Source: Polyangiaceae bacterium
GTDB lineage: Bacteria; Myxococcota_A; Polyangia; Polyangiales; Polyangiaceae
Length of the DNA: 64,000 nucleotides
Direction of reading: 5' to 3'
Assembly: GCA_050287085.1 (NCBI GenBank)
Contig: JBNKBE010000028.1
Span: 1-64,000, forward strand
The position numbers and the translations under genes are program-made. The notes under the pieces are model-generated. The model had not been told where the DNA came from. It worked only from the letters and a program-made list of their open reading frames with translations, and searched no databases. Each line of letters starts with the position of its first letter. Positions within the stretch are counted from its first letter, which is position 1. Below, one piece after another: positions 49,448 to 59,868 of the stretch.

Positions 49448-51682
49448 TCATCGGTTGAGATATCGTGGGACGATCGCGAACTGCGGTTCGCTCGAATAGT
49501 CCGGCTTGACCGCGCGCTGCTCGAAGATCTCCCATGCGCGCTGTGCGCCTTCTGCACTCGAATCGGCGGCGGCCGCCAATGCGGGCTGAAGGTTCGAAGG
49601 ATAACCTGTTGGACTGGCCGCGTACCCCGTCATCTCCCCCGCGACCCAGGGCGAGCGCCCCTGCCCATCGTCGATGTCCGCTTGGGTGAACCAGTCCGCC
49701 ATTGCTTGGCTCGCACATTCTAAGCTTCCCAGCTCGTCGTCGTCACCGTTGGTGAGCGTGCCGAAGTTCTTCTGGTAGAGCGTCGCGAAGTCCTCGTAGA
49801 AGTCGTCGTCCGACGTTTCTCGAACGACCAGTGAGTAGGGCGCTCCAGAAATCCAGCAGTAACCCTCGCCATTGATACGCCCAATCGGAAAGCGAGCTTT
49901 CCAGTCGAGCAGGGGTTTGGCCGACGCATAGCCCAGGTCGACCAGGTAGCCTACGACGGAGGTGAAGAAGTCGTCTTGCCAGGGCGCAATCCCGGTTCCC
50001 CCGCTGTAGGAAAATGCGGCGCCATCGCCAAGGATGCCAAGGGGATTGGCGTCTCCGTTCGCCCAGGTATCGACGTAGTAGTTGACGTTATTCTCGAGCT
50101 TGCTCTCGAAGTATTCCTTGAGCGCGTCGTCATCTGGCGTGATGAAGGCGGCTTGCGCGAGCGTGCGCAACGACCACGCTTGACCGCGGGTCTGATCGGG
50201 TTTGACGAGCCCTTCTTCGCGATTGCGGTAGCCGGGGTTGTGCTGCAGAAGGTTGTACGTCGCCCAGAATTGAAGCTCTTCCAGGTAGAAGTGATCTCCG
50301 GTCACCAGATACGGGACGAAGTCCATCGACGGTTGGTGGGAGGAGTCGTGCGCATAGGGCGTGTCGCACTCAGCCGCGCACGAGGGAAAGGGGTGAGTCG
50401 TGTCGCTCGGGTTCCCCAAGATGGTGAGGTCAGGGTAGTCGTCGATGGTAATTGGACGATCGCTGTTTCGATCGCGGTAGTGGATCCCAAAGCTGCCCGC
50501 GCTGTCGCCGGTGCCAAGGGTGACCAACCTTGCCCGAGGATCCATCGTCAGGACGTAGATGGCCGCCCAATTCGGCAATATGCCGATGTCTCGCCGGCCG
50601 CCCGTCTCTGGCATGTAAGGCTCGAGTAACCCGCTGCCCATGGGCTCCGTGATGGGTCCGCTCCATTCTTCTTCAAAACCAGCAAGTGCGGATTCCGAAA
50701 CGGATAGCTTTGGATCGTAGTTGGGAACGACACCGGTCGAGATCAGATAGGCCGAATCCAAACGAACCTCGACCGAAGGCGCTTCGCCAATCCAAAACAC
50801 CTTGCGGAAGCGCGCTCGGTCGTAGTGCAGCAGCCCGGGCCTGTTGTAGCTCTCGGTTCCGTTCGTGGTGATGCTGAGGTCGTAGGTATACCCGCGGGGC
50901 TCTTCCACGAAGGCCCAGTCGTTTTCGACAGTGACCTCGACGCGCGTGCTCGCGAACCCGCGGTAGGTCCGTGCATTGTACCTCACGGCAAGGTGGGGAT
51001 GTTCGTCAGCTCCAGCCATCACCGGTCCCGAGACTTCCCATTCAGTGGCGAGAGGCCCAGACAACCAAGTGCTGCTTTTACCGGTAGAAAGCAGATCAGC
51101 CAGCGACGCCGTGTACTCGACGCCGTCGATTGCGAGTGTAAGCTCGGTCTCGACCCCTGTGCTCAGGAATTCGGCTCGCGAGAGCTCTGAGTCTTTGTTT
51201 TCGTCCGAGGCCGACGAGACGAGCTCGAGGGTGACTTCCTCGTCTGAGACGAGGTTCCGGATCAGCGCCGAAATCACCGCGTGACGAAGCGAACCATCGT
51301 CGTATCTCGCTTTGGTATCGACCTGTAGCGGGACGTCGGAGCCTGCGATGCGCCCACGCACAGAGGCAGACTTCGGAACGTCACCCTTGCGAAATACCTG
51401 TGCGAAAGTTACCGGGACTTCCGCTTTGGAGTCTGCTCCAAGATTGGTCAGTCGAACTTCGACAACAGTGCTCCCGATTGCAGCCGGCGGTGGAGGCTTG
51501 GAGGTCGGTCGAGGGTCCGCGTGGCCCGCGTCGGCCGTCGGTGCCGAATCCTCCTCCTCGGTTGCCGGATCGATTGGGTTGACGTTCGCGCGATTGCCAC
51601 ATGAGACCAACGCGACGACCAGTGCCAGTTGCCCTGCTTCCCTAGGCATCCACAGTCCCAAGAATCTGCGCATCCGTGTCAT
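49448..51682 (-). CDS. Lipoprotein with N-terminal beta-barrel (PcRGLX/YetA-like) and probable alpha/alpha-barrel domain
   Basis: Lipobox LVSC; VPVTFAQVFRKGDVP..YDDGSLRHA; SHQPS..YLVTGDHFYLEELQFW..QTRGQAWSLR. Confidence 0.55.
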   Translation of the reverse strand: MTRMRRFLGLWMPREAGQLALVVALVSCGNRANVNPIDPATEEEDSAPTADAGHADPRPTSKPPPPAAIGSTVVEVRLTNLGADSKAEVPVTFAQVFRKGDVPKSASVRGRIAGSDVPLQVDTKARYDDGSLRHAVISALIRNLVSDEEVTLELVSSASDENKDSELSRAEFLSTGVETELTLAIDGVEYTASLADLLSTGKSSTWLSGPLATEWEVSGPVMAGADEHPHLAVRYNARTYRGFASTRVEVTVENDWAFVEEPRGYTYDLSITTNGTESYNRPGLLHYDRARFRKVFWIGEAPSVEVRLDSAYLISTGVVPNYDPKLSVSESALAGFEEEWSGPITEPMGSGLLEPYMPETGGRRDIGILPNWAAIYVLTMDPRARLVTLGTGDSAGSFGIHYRDRNSDRPITIDDYPDLTILGNPSDTTHPFPSCAAECDTPYAHDSSHQPSMDFVPYLVTGDHFYLEELQFWATYNLLQHNPGYRNREEGLVKPDQTRGQAWSLRTLAQAAFITPDDDALKEYFESKLENNVNYYVDTWANGDANPLGILGDGAAFSYSGGTGIAPWQDDFFTSVVGYLVDLGYASAKPLLDWKARFPIGRINGEGYCWISGAPYSLVVRETSDDDFYEDFATLYQKNFGTLTNGDDDELGSLECASQAMADWFTQADIDDGQGRSPWVAGEMTGYAASPTGYPSNLQPALAAAADSSAEGAQRAWEIFEQRAVKPDYSSEPQFAIVPRYLNR

Positions 51683-51795
51683 ATTTACCCGGCGCGGTCC
51701 GGGCCGCAAGGCGGTGGGTGAGTCGAACACGGCGGACTGGGCAGAGCACGTGACGCAGGTGGTTGCGTGCCTGCCTCGCGAGGGCAAACCCTAGA

Positions 51796-52245
51796 CTAGA
51801 CGCGCTCTTCGCGAGCACGCATCCTGGTCAGCGTGGCTCCCGTGCTGTCCTGCACCGTGATGCTCCACTCATAGGTGTCGCGGTTGATGAAGCGGTCCTG
51901 CGCGAGCATACGCACGCCTCCGCCCAGATCGGCTTCGCCACTGAACGTCTGATCGTGTTCACGCCATTCGTGAGCCAGAACGACGGCATCTCCGCTCGGC
52001 GCCAGAAAGTAGTGAGCGCGGTACAGTCCGGTGTTGCTGTCGAGGGACCAGATGCCGATGAATGAGCTGCCGTTCGAACCGTCGCCGCGCTCCTCAAGGA
52101 ATTGGCCGCCGAGAGTCCACGCGAAGGCATTTTCCTGACTGTAGTGCTGCACTTCATTGCCCGTGACCTCCAGGGTGACTTCTCCGCGCCACGATCCGAC
52201 GAAGCGCTGCAACGGGTTGTTCGGAGAAGACGGCTTCTTGTGCAT
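51796..52245 (-). CDS. DUF1579-like beta-barrel protein
   Basis: LQRFVGSWRGE..WTLGGQFLEE; AGGAG SD. Confidence 0.65.
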   Translation of the reverse strand: MHKKPSSPNNPLQRFVGSWRGEVTLEVTGNEVQHYSQENAFAWTLGGQFLEERGDGSNGSSFIGIWSLDSNTGLYRAHYFLAPSGDAVVLAHEWREHDQTFSGEADLGGGVRMLAQDRFINRDTYEWSITVQDSTGATLTRMRAREERV

Positions 52246-52572
52246 GGTGTGCTCCTGTTGACGTCAGACGTTGACCATCGTCAACAGAACACGAACACCA
52301 TCCCGCGTGCTTGCTTGGATCTGCGGGCTCTTGGTGTTTCTTGCTCAAAAGCTAGGGGAGTCCCATGTTTCTATCGGTCGCCACAGAGAACCTGCGTGCC
52401 CGCTCAACTCACGAGCTTGTGCCGAACGCCAGGCAGCCCGTGCCTTTTCGGGCAGCTCTGGCAAAGTGGTGTTCAACAGGCGCCAAGTATGCTGGCGCAC
52501 TGCCGCGACGCCTCTGCACGAAAGTCCACTTCGCTCTCGCGCATTCGGTCCCAGGATGGCTAAGAACTCGGG

Positions 52573-53499
52573 TCAGCGACGGCTGAGGCGGCGAAACGCG
52601 GTCGGGGTCGTCCCAGTGCATGCGCGAAATCGGGTCGACAGCTGGCTGGTATCGCTGAACCCAGTCAGCAGGGCGATCTGTGTGATCGGCAGCGTCGAGC
52701 TTGCCAGCAGGCGCTTGGCTTCCGCGATGCGGCAATGCAGCACGTACCTACTGGGGGAGAGGCCCGTGGAGGCCTTGAAGGCGCGCGAGAAGTGAAACGT
52801 GCTGAGCCCCGCGAGGGCTGCCAAGTCCTGCAGTCGAATCCGCCGACCGAGGCGAGCGGCGATATAGTCGCGCACTCGCTGCACCACCAGCGGAGGTAAT
52901 CCGCCACGCTGCAGGTTTGGTGCGCGGCGATGCACCCCGTGGGCGCGGTCGAGTTGTACCGACAACAGAGTGGTTGCCAGGTCGCCGAACACCTGCTCCG
53001 TGCTCTCGTGGCAGCCGAGCCCATGCTTGATCTCGCGCATCAGCTCACTCAGCAGCGGATCGCGCAGGACGTGCCAATGCGGTGCCAACGCGCTTACGTC
53101 CTCGCGCGGCTTATCGCGGAGGAGCGCCGTTGGTTGCACATACACCTCGAGCACGTCCAGCGTCCGTCCGCGCCCTAGACTCTGCCAGCAGAGCTCCGCG
53201 GGCGCGGAACCTGCGCCCACCACACACACTTCACCGGGGCCCACGTCGTAGCGGTGCCAACGGCGCGTACCGAGCTCACGAGCCTCGAAGCGAAAGCCGT
53301 CGCTGACCGGCATGACCAGGTGATGGAGCCTCCCAGCCGGTTCGATGAAGCCGTCCACTCGAACGGGTTCGCGGCACTCGCGCGCGAGCGCGTGCGCCCA
53401 TTGCCGCGACTTCAGCGTCGGTGCCGGGAGTATCCCCCGCGCCCAGTGTTGGTCCTCAGAGGCCGTTTCGGCTGTCCCCTCTCCACCCTCTTCGTGCAC
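52573..53499 (-). CDS. AraC family transcriptional regulator
   Basis: LAALAGLSTFHFSRAFKASTGLSP..IALLTGFSDTSQLSTRFR. Confidence 0.92.
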   Translation of the reverse strand: MHEEGGEGTAETASEDQHWARGILPAPTLKSRQWAHALARECREPVRVDGFIEPAGRLHHLVMPVSDGFRFEARELGTRRWHRYDVGPGEVCVVGAGSAPAELCWQSLGRGRTLDVLEVYVQPTALLRDKPREDVSALAPHWHVLRDPLLSELMREIKHGLGCHESTEQVFGDLATTLLSVQLDRAHGVHRRAPNLQRGGLPPLVVQRVRDYIAARLGRRIRLQDLAALAGLSTFHFSRAFKASTGLSPSRYVLHCRIAEAKRLLASSTLPITQIALLTGFSDTSQLSTRFRACTGTTPTAFRRLSRR

Positions 53500-53657
53500 G
53501 ACGCAAGTCTACCCGGACCGGGCACGGCGCGTAAGGGGCCGATGGGATCAGCCTGCAAAGCCCCCCCGCGGTCAGCCGCGGAGCGGAGCGCTACTCCAAT
53601 AGTGCGTTGGTGGCGTCAGCTGTGATCGCGCTGCGATGCCAGCGGACTCTCCCCGGG

Positions 53658-54005
53658 TTATAGCGGCGCGGCCCCGCCACACGCGGGACAAGTGTCCGCC
53701 TTGCGCGCTACGGTCGCCCCGCAACGCGCGCAGCGTTTGCTCAGACAAGCGAGTACGATGAGCCCAAGAGGCCCCGCGAGGCCAACTAGCCCCCACCAGG
53801 GCGAGCGCCCGCGCATCTTGGCATAAGCGGCATAGCCGCCGATCAGGACAAGGAGTCCGACAAGAGTGACGCTGGGCCAGCCCTTTGCCGTGCCGTAGAG
53901 TTGGAGAAGGAGCGCCAATCCACCGACCAGCACACTGGCGTTGTTCAGGCGGCGAATGCGCTGTCTATCGGCGTCAATGCTACCCGTAGCGATCGTTGTG
54001 TTCAT
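53658..54005 (-). CDS. Small membrane protein with C-terminal zinc ribbon
   Basis: Three TM segments, GRSPWWG motif, CARC-x10-CPAC. Confidence 0.65.
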   Translation of the reverse strand: MNTTIATGSIDADRQRIRRLNNASVLVGGLALLLQLYGTAKGWPSVTLVGLLVLIGGYAAYAKMRGRSPWWGLVGLAGPLGLIVLACLSKRCARCGATVARKADTCPACGGAAPL

Positions 54006-54085
54006 GCGAGCGAGGTCGGGGTGCCGGTGGACGAGTTGCTAGAAAATCGACCGCGGCCATCACTTGCGATGGACCCGAGATGTTC

Positions 54086-55864
54086 TCAGGTGCACTGACG
54101 AGCGCCACGTCGCCGTCGGAACAGGGCAAGGACGGCCAGCGATATGACGGCAGCCGCGTTAGGAGCCTCGCGTTGCGCGCCCGCCGCACGACAGCTGCAG
54201 CCCGCGTCATTGGCACCGGCGGCGTCACCCGCCAGCGACGAGGCGCCGGCGGCTGCCGTAGGAGCAGGGACCGGCTGGGGCGCGGCGCCGCCGATACCGG
54301 CACTCCCGGTCGGCGGAGGGACCGCAGCGCCGTCGCCAGCGGTGCCAGCTGTCCCCGTCGTCCCGGCGGACGCGTCGCCGTCGCCGTCGCTGCCCGCGAC
54401 TGAACCGTCGCCAGCGGCACCGCCCTGACCTCCGGATTCGTCGTCGTCCCGAGGTCCGTCGCCGCTGGCGCCACCTCGCCCCCCGTCATTGGCTTCACCC
54501 GCCGCGCCGCCGGGCTCCTGGGATTCGCCCCCCATGCCGCCCGAAGACGCGCCCCCCATGCCGCCGCCGCCAATGGGGTCGAGCTCGGGTTCGGGGGTGC
54601 TCGGCGCTTCCCCCTCACCGACGGCGAAGGTCATCTCCGGGCCGTTTGCACTGATGGCGTGGACCCGCAGGCCTGAGGGGCTACCATCGTTCCACGATGC
54701 CCGCGGCGTCGTCGCGTCGGAAAACTCGTCGTTGTTGCCTTGGTAGAAGTAGTCGTTCGGATCGTGCCCAGGCGAGGGCCAGGTCGTCGTACCTAGTTGG
54801 TCCAGGCCGTCAGCTTGGACCACGGCGAGCGCCAACGGCTTGGGCGGCTCGTTGAGGCCGATGCGGTTGTCGAAGTGCAGCAGGAATAGTCCTCCGCCGT
54901 CGAGCGGGCGGAAGCGGCCCGTGTCCTGCACGTTGGACCACAGAAACAGTTCACCCGGAACGCTCGGGTTGCGGTAGAAATAAGCTGTGCCGTTGGGCCG
55001 CGCGACGTAGAGGGCGGGGGTGTTCATGTCGACCTCTTGCGTGGGGATCCAGCCTTGGTCGGCGCGAAAAAAGTCGTTGATACCCACTGGGTTGATGGTG
55101 CTGATTCGATTCCCCATGATGCAGTAGTCACCGAAGCCATACAGGTCGGGCCAGCCAAACACCATGTGGCCCGTTTCGTGGGCGAAGACGTAGTTGTCCA
55201 GCGCGTCGCCAAGCTGCGTCATGTTGTAGCGAGCCACACGCACGCCATCGGCGGTCCGGTTGGTGCCGCCAGAATGGGGCCACAGTCCTTGTCCAAAGGT
55301 CACCGAAGGTCCGGCATAGAGCACGCTTATGGACTCCGTTCTGCCGTCTCCGTCATTGTCGTAGAGTGAGAAGTCGACCTCGTCGTCGAAGTAGTCGATC
55401 ATCTCCTCGATCAGCTCTCCGGCGCCACTGTATCCTGGCTGGCTTTCGTAGTAGCTCTTCGGGTGCTGCGCTCGGTAGTATCCAAAAACCTCGTTGCGCA
55501 AGTCGATGACGCCGTTGGATACGTCGAGATAGTAGTCGCGTACGCCGCCGTCGTGGTTGTCCTCCGTGTAGTTCAAGTCGTCGAGCCACGCCCGTACTTC
55601 CTCGACCGAGAACGTCGGGGGTTGGTCGCTGAAGTCAACCAAGAGCGTCAGGCCCCACAGCTCGCCGCGCGGCGCCGCATAGAATGACTCTTCACCGATG
55701 CGGAGGGCTGCGACAGAGCGCGGCGGTTGCACTTCCTGCTCGGGCCACGAGGGGACGATCTGACCATCCACGACGATTAGGGCTTCAGCGTCGGATGCAT
55801 GAAGGACGCAGCTGAACAGTGCGGCGGCATATAGTGGAGAGCAATTCAGAAGTCGATGGGCCAT
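54086..55864 (-). CDS. M6 family (immune inhibitor A-like) metalloprotease with MYXO-CTERM-type tail
   Basis: HETGHMVFGWPDLY zinc motif, LWPH, DYCIMG; C-terminal GCSCRAAG + TM + RRRR. Confidence 0.88.
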   Translation of the reverse strand: MAHRLLNCSPLYAAALFSCVLHASDAEALIVVDGQIVPSWPEQEVQPPRSVAALRIGEESFYAAPRGELWGLTLLVDFSDQPPTFSVEEVRAWLDDLNYTEDNHDGGVRDYYLDVSNGVIDLRNEVFGYYRAQHPKSYYESQPGYSGAGELIEEMIDYFDDEVDFSLYDNDGDGRTESISVLYAGPSVTFGQGLWPHSGGTNRTADGVRVARYNMTQLGDALDNYVFAHETGHMVFGWPDLYGFGDYCIMGNRISTINPVGINDFFRADQGWIPTQEVDMNTPALYVARPNGTAYFYRNPSVPGELFLWSNVQDTGRFRPLDGGGLFLLHFDNRIGLNEPPKPLALAVVQADGLDQLGTTTWPSPGHDPNDYFYQGNNDEFSDATTPRASWNDGSPSGLRVHAISANGPEMTFAVGEGEAPSTPEPELDPIGGGGMGGASSGGMGGESQEPGGAAGEANDGGRGGASGDGPRDDDESGGQGGAAGDGSVAGSDGDGDASAGTTGTAGTAGDGAAVPPPTGSAGIGGAAPQPVPAPTAAAGASSLAGDAAGANDAGCSCRAAGAQREAPNAAAVISLAVLALFRRRRGARQCT

Positions 55865-56168
55865 GGTGTGTGGATTTCGCGGCCGAGAATGGGAAGCCAA
55901 GCGCGCAAACCTTAGCGTGCGTGCATCCCGGGGGCGACGACAGCAGAAAACAGCCTGTCGCAGCCGCGCTACACCTGGGCGGCTTTTTTACGACGTGTTG
56001 CTGAAGGGCGCATCGCGGGTTCCTTGGCGGAACGACCTTCAGAGTCGCCGACTCGGCCAAATCCGGCCTGGATGCGGTCGCGGCGCGAGCGCACGCAGCT
56101 CTCGGAGAGGGACGCCGCGTCCCCGACGCGAGGTATCTCCCACACCGGGGTTCTGCTAGTGTCTCCCG

Positions 56169-56795
56169 GTGACCGAGCCCCAGCCCTCCGACTATCTCGA
56201 CCGCCTGATGCGGCGGGAGAGCTTCCAGGCGCTTTGGCCGCTGTTCGCCAAGGCGGACAAGCCCGCGAAGGAGATGACCGAGAGCTTCTCGGCCCTGGTC
56301 CACTTGCGGCGGTTCTTTCCTGCTGAGGGGCCCTTTCGCGTGGTCCACGTTGGTGACGGGGCCCACGCGCGCACTGCCGCCCTGTTCGCCCTCAAGACGC
56401 GCGCTGACAACATCAGCATCGACCCTGTACTGAATCTGCCGCTCGTCTCCGCATGGCGTGATGAATACGCAATCGAGCGTTTGGACCTTCACCGCGCGCG
56501 GGTCGAAGACCGCCTGGAGCTGCTCAATGCCCTCCCACCACGTCCGACGCTGGTGACCTTCGTCCACGCCCACGTCGACGTCGACGCCGTCCTCGGGCGC
56601 CTAGCTTGGAATGCCGCCTACACGCTGGCCTGTTGCGTCCCAGGGAGACAGCTAACGAGGATACACGCGCCCGAAGCGGAAGGGGAGGACGAGCGCGTGC
56701 TTTCCCCGCACCGGCGCTTCCAGGTCTTGGTCAACGAAGACCACGCGGGCGCGCCCCACTGCCCGGCCTCGTGGGCTCACACGCCACCCGCGTAG
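56169..56795 (+). CDS. Hypothetical protein, SAM-dependent methyltransferase-like
   Basis: VVHVGDGAHARTAALF (motif I-like), ISIDP, FVHAHV, LACC. Confidence 0.5.
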   Translation: MTEPQPSDYLDRLMRRESFQALWPLFAKADKPAKEMTESFSALVHLRRFFPAEGPFRVVHVGDGAHARTAALFALKTRADNISIDPVLNLPLVSAWRDEYAIERLDLHRARVEDRLELLNALPPRPTLVTFVHAHVDVDAVLGRLAWNAAYTLACCVPGRQLTRIHAPEAEGEDERVLSPHRRFQVLVNEDHAGAPHCPASWAHTPPA

Positions 56796-56973
56796 TCGTC
56801 GCCAGCGCGCCGCGCGGGCAACTACAGTACGCCGCTACGCAATAACAAGACGGCCGCGCGTTGCTCGTGACCAGTAGGCTGAAGCTCTGCAGCACATTGG
56901 GCTAACAGGACACGAGATCTAGCCGGCACGTGGCACCTTTGGGGCGAAGCGTGGTAAGCGATCGCGGGTTGTC

Positions 56974-58590
56974 CTAACGGACGTACCACACCCCCCAAGT
57001 GTCAGAAGTGCTGCCCGCGGGACTCGAGCCTACTGACGCGCTGGCGTCGTGATAGTAGTACGGATCGGCGATGAGACCGCCAGCCCAGTCTTGCCCCGTG
57101 TCGACCACCGGGAGAATCCACCCCGTCGTGTGATCCATGAAATGAACGTTGTCGCGGTTGGCCCTTCCCTCACCGGTGATACCGGTCAGCGCGAGGAGTG
57201 CCATGGCCGGTGCGAAGTTGGACTCCAAGTAGTCTGTGTCCGGCTGGACGCCGGCGTTGCCCAAGAACGCGTAGAGCTCATCTTTGCTCGCCACGCGGTA
57301 GCCGCTGAACTGCCCGCCGCTTGCCGTTGCCGCCACCGCCTCGGCATAGGTCATCCCCGTCGAAAGCGTTGGATCCAGCCAGGTGAGGCCGGTGTTGGGA
57401 TCGTAGGTCCCCGTGTCCGCACCAAACGTCGTGGAAACGGATACTAGCGGCTCGCACACGGTGAGCGCCTTCGGACTGGTGATGGCATCATCACAGTAAG
57501 CGCCAACACCGTCACACGTGAGCACACCGTCTTGGCAGATGTCCGCGTCGTCTGGGCCATCACACGCGTCACCTAGGGTGGGCCAGTCTTCGTCGATGTC
57601 ACCGTCGCAGTCGTTGTCCAGTCCGTCACATAGCTCCTCCTTGGAGGTCGGATCGTCGCTGCACTCACTGCCGGTGCCCTGCGCGTCGCATTGCCATACG
57701 CCATCCTCGCACCGGTCCGCGTCGTTCCCGTCACAGGGCTGTCCAAGATTGCTCCAATCCTCGTCTACCTGACCATCGCAGTCGTTGTCCGCGCCGTCAC
57801 ACACCTCGCTTCCGCTGAGCGTGGTCAGCTCGTCGTTGCACTCCGTGCCGTCACCAGGCGCGCTGCACACCTGAACGCCGTCCTCACAGGAGTCAGCGTC
57901 CGGACCATCGCAAGCTTTGCCCAAGGTTGCCGCCCAGGGGTCGTCGACGGTGCCATTACAGTTGTCGTCAACGCCATTGCAAGACTCGTCTGCGCCGCTA
58001 TGCACGGAGTCGTCCCGATCGTCGCAATCCCCGCCCTGATTCGCTTGGTAGAGTTCGAACGGGCCGCAGGCACACGCCGGGTCTTGGCTCTCGTCACCAT
58101 AGCCATCGCCGTCGGCGTCGAGATAGAAGTCCGTGCAGCCCACTGCGTCGATACCCGAGCCCTGGGCGGTCGCACAGTCCGCTTCCGGCTCCGCTGGAGC
58201 TGTGCCGTCGCCGGCGGCGCTCAGTGGGGGGCCGCCCGTACCTGCACCGGAAGCGCCGCCCCCTGCGCTGTCGTCTGCTGCCGCGTCATCGTCTTCCGGG
58301 CTAGCGGCCGACGTGTCGTCCGATGACGGCTCAGCCCGGCCGCTGGCCCCCGCGCCCTGCACGTCCTGCGACCCACCAGCGCCGCCGTCCTGTGGCGCGT
58401 CCGAGGTGTTGGCGCTGCCGCCGAGGTCACCGGCACTGCCCCCTACAGCACCCACGTTCAAGTTGGGAGGGTCCAAGGCGCAGCCAGAAAGTGCTAGCAG
58501 CGCGCCGACGCCGAGCCGAGCGCGCCCCAAGATGCGCCGGTCGCGCCCCTGTGCGGAGCCCGCGGCGCGCGGTGGGGAACCAAACCTCAT
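56974..58590 (-). CDS. Lipoprotein with Cys/Asp-rich putative metal-binding (MopE-like) repeats and C-terminal DUF1566-like domain
   Basis: Lipobox LSGC; YLDADGDGYGD; three E-x-CDGxDNDCDGxxDE-type repeats; YDPNTGLTWL..YRVASKDEL. Confidence 0.75.
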   Translation of the reverse strand: MRFGSPPRAAGSAQGRDRRILGRARLGVGALLALSGCALDPPNLNVGAVGGSAGDLGGSANTSDAPQDGGAGGSQDVQGAGASGRAEPSSDDTSAASPEDDDAAADDSAGGGASGAGTGGPPLSAAGDGTAPAEPEADCATAQGSGIDAVGCTDFYLDADGDGYGDESQDPACACGPFELYQANQGGDCDDRDDSVHSGADESCNGVDDNCNGTVDDPWAATLGKACDGPDADSCEDGVQVCSAPGDGTECNDELTTLSGSEVCDGADNDCDGQVDEDWSNLGQPCDGNDADRCEDGVWQCDAQGTGSECSDDPTSKEELCDGLDNDCDGDIDEDWPTLGDACDGPDDADICQDGVLTCDGVGAYCDDAITSPKALTVCEPLVSVSTTFGADTGTYDPNTGLTWLDPTLSTGMTYAEAVAATASGGQFSGYRVASKDELYAFLGNAGVQPDTDYLESNFAPAMALLALTGITGEGRANRDNVHFMDHTTGWILPVVDTGQDWAGGLIADPYYYHDASASVGSSPAGSTSDTWGVWYVR

Positions 58591-58950
58591 GGCCACTCTA
58601 TACCACGCCGCCGAGAGGAAGGGGCCCCCCCCGATGTGGTGAGACACGACGCTACCCCCGCGTTCAGGTGGCTGCAGCGCGTGCGACCCGTTGAGCTACT
58701 GGAGGCCAAAGAGGTCGATCACATAGGCGGGCAAGTCGAAACGCCACTCCATTGCGGGCTCACACAGGATCGCGTATCACTGCCCGCGGGAGGGCTGGCC
58801 GTGCTCCGAGGCGTCGCGGCACAGTTCACCCTCTACGACAAGCCACTCCGTCTGCTCCAACTCGACGGACTCGTTTTCCCCCTGAACGCGGCACACGCAC
58901 TCGTAGCGCTGCGCGGGGGACAGGAAGCAATAGCAGGGACATGACGCATT

Positions 58951-59868
58951 TCAATTCTTGGCTGGCACCTCTTTGTTCGAGCTCGCCGATGGGCCAAAAG
59001 CCGCGACAGCAAAAGTAATGAAGCTGCGCAATCGAGGCGTCATGCGTCGATCACGATAGTAGAGCAGCCACATGGGACGTTCGCCGAGCCGCCAGTCCGA
59101 AAAGAGCTGGATCAAGCAACCTGCCTCAATGTCGCGCTTCAGCAGAATTTCCGGCTGCATGACGATGCCTAGGCCTGCTCGCGCCGCGGCGCGGACCGCT
59201 TGACCGCTGTTCACGGCTATCATTCGAGTCGGCGAGGCCTGTACATCTTCCTCGCCTCGCGTGAAGCGCCAGGTTGAACGCGCTGATGGCGTGAAGGCGA
59301 TAGCCTCGTGGCCGTCCAATTCGCTTGGGTGCGAGGGCGTGCCCCTGCTGATGAGGTAGTCCGGCGCGGCGCAGACCACCATACGATACGGAGCCAACGG
59401 TCTAGCGATCATGCTGTTGTCCGACATCGCGCCAATACGGAATGCAACGTCAAAACCCTCCTCAACAAGATCGACATTCCGATCGGTCAAGATGATGTCG
59501 AGTTCCACCTTCGGCGCAGCGCTTCGATAGCCAGAAAGCGCAGGCATCAAGGCTTCCGCCCCGAACGTCGTGGGCGCCGTGATACGCAACCGACCTTGAA
59601 TCCGCGTCCGCTGCAACTCGGCCGCTTCTTCGGCAAGGGCGATTCGGTCAAGGATGTCGCGGCATTGCTCAAAGTAGCTGAGACCAAAATCCGTCAGGCT
59701 TTGGCGTCGCGTTGTTCGGTTAAGGAGCCGGGTGCCAAGATGCTCCTCCAGTGCTGCGATGTGCTGCCCAACCATCGCGGGCGATTGTCCGAGAGCCGCC
59801 GCTGCGGCGCTCATGGAGCCGGCCTGCACCGTTGTAACGAACGCCCGCATGCAGCGCACAAGGTCCAT
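58951..59868 (-). CDS. LysR family transcriptional regulator (CrgA-like)
   Basis: HTH GSMSAAA..LEEHLGTRLLNRTTR; DRNVDLVEEGFDVAFRIG. Confidence 0.94.
   Translation of the reverse strand: MDLVRCMRAFVTTVQAGSMSAAAAALGQSPAMVGQHIAALEEHLGTRLLNRTTRRQSLTDFGLSYFEQCRDILDRIALAEEAAELQRTRIQGRLRITAPTTFGAEALMPALSGYRSAAPKVELDIILTDRNVDLVEEGFDVAFRIGAMSDNSMIARPLAPYRMVVCAAPDYLISRGTPSHPSELDGHEAIAFTPSARSTWRFTRGEEDVQASPTRMIAVNSGQAVRAAARAGLGIVMQPEILLKRDIEAGCLIQLFSDWRLGERPMWLLYYRDRRMTPRLRSFITFAVAAFGPSASSNKEVPAKN

Noticed and set aside
58777..58779. In-frame TGA as selenocysteine or programmed readthrough
   Set aside because: No start codon, redox motif or evident SECIS; a nonsense mutation in a remnant is simpler
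58636..58944. 102-aa plus-strand ORF
   Set aside because: Exact antisense frame of a more coding-like minus-strand remnant
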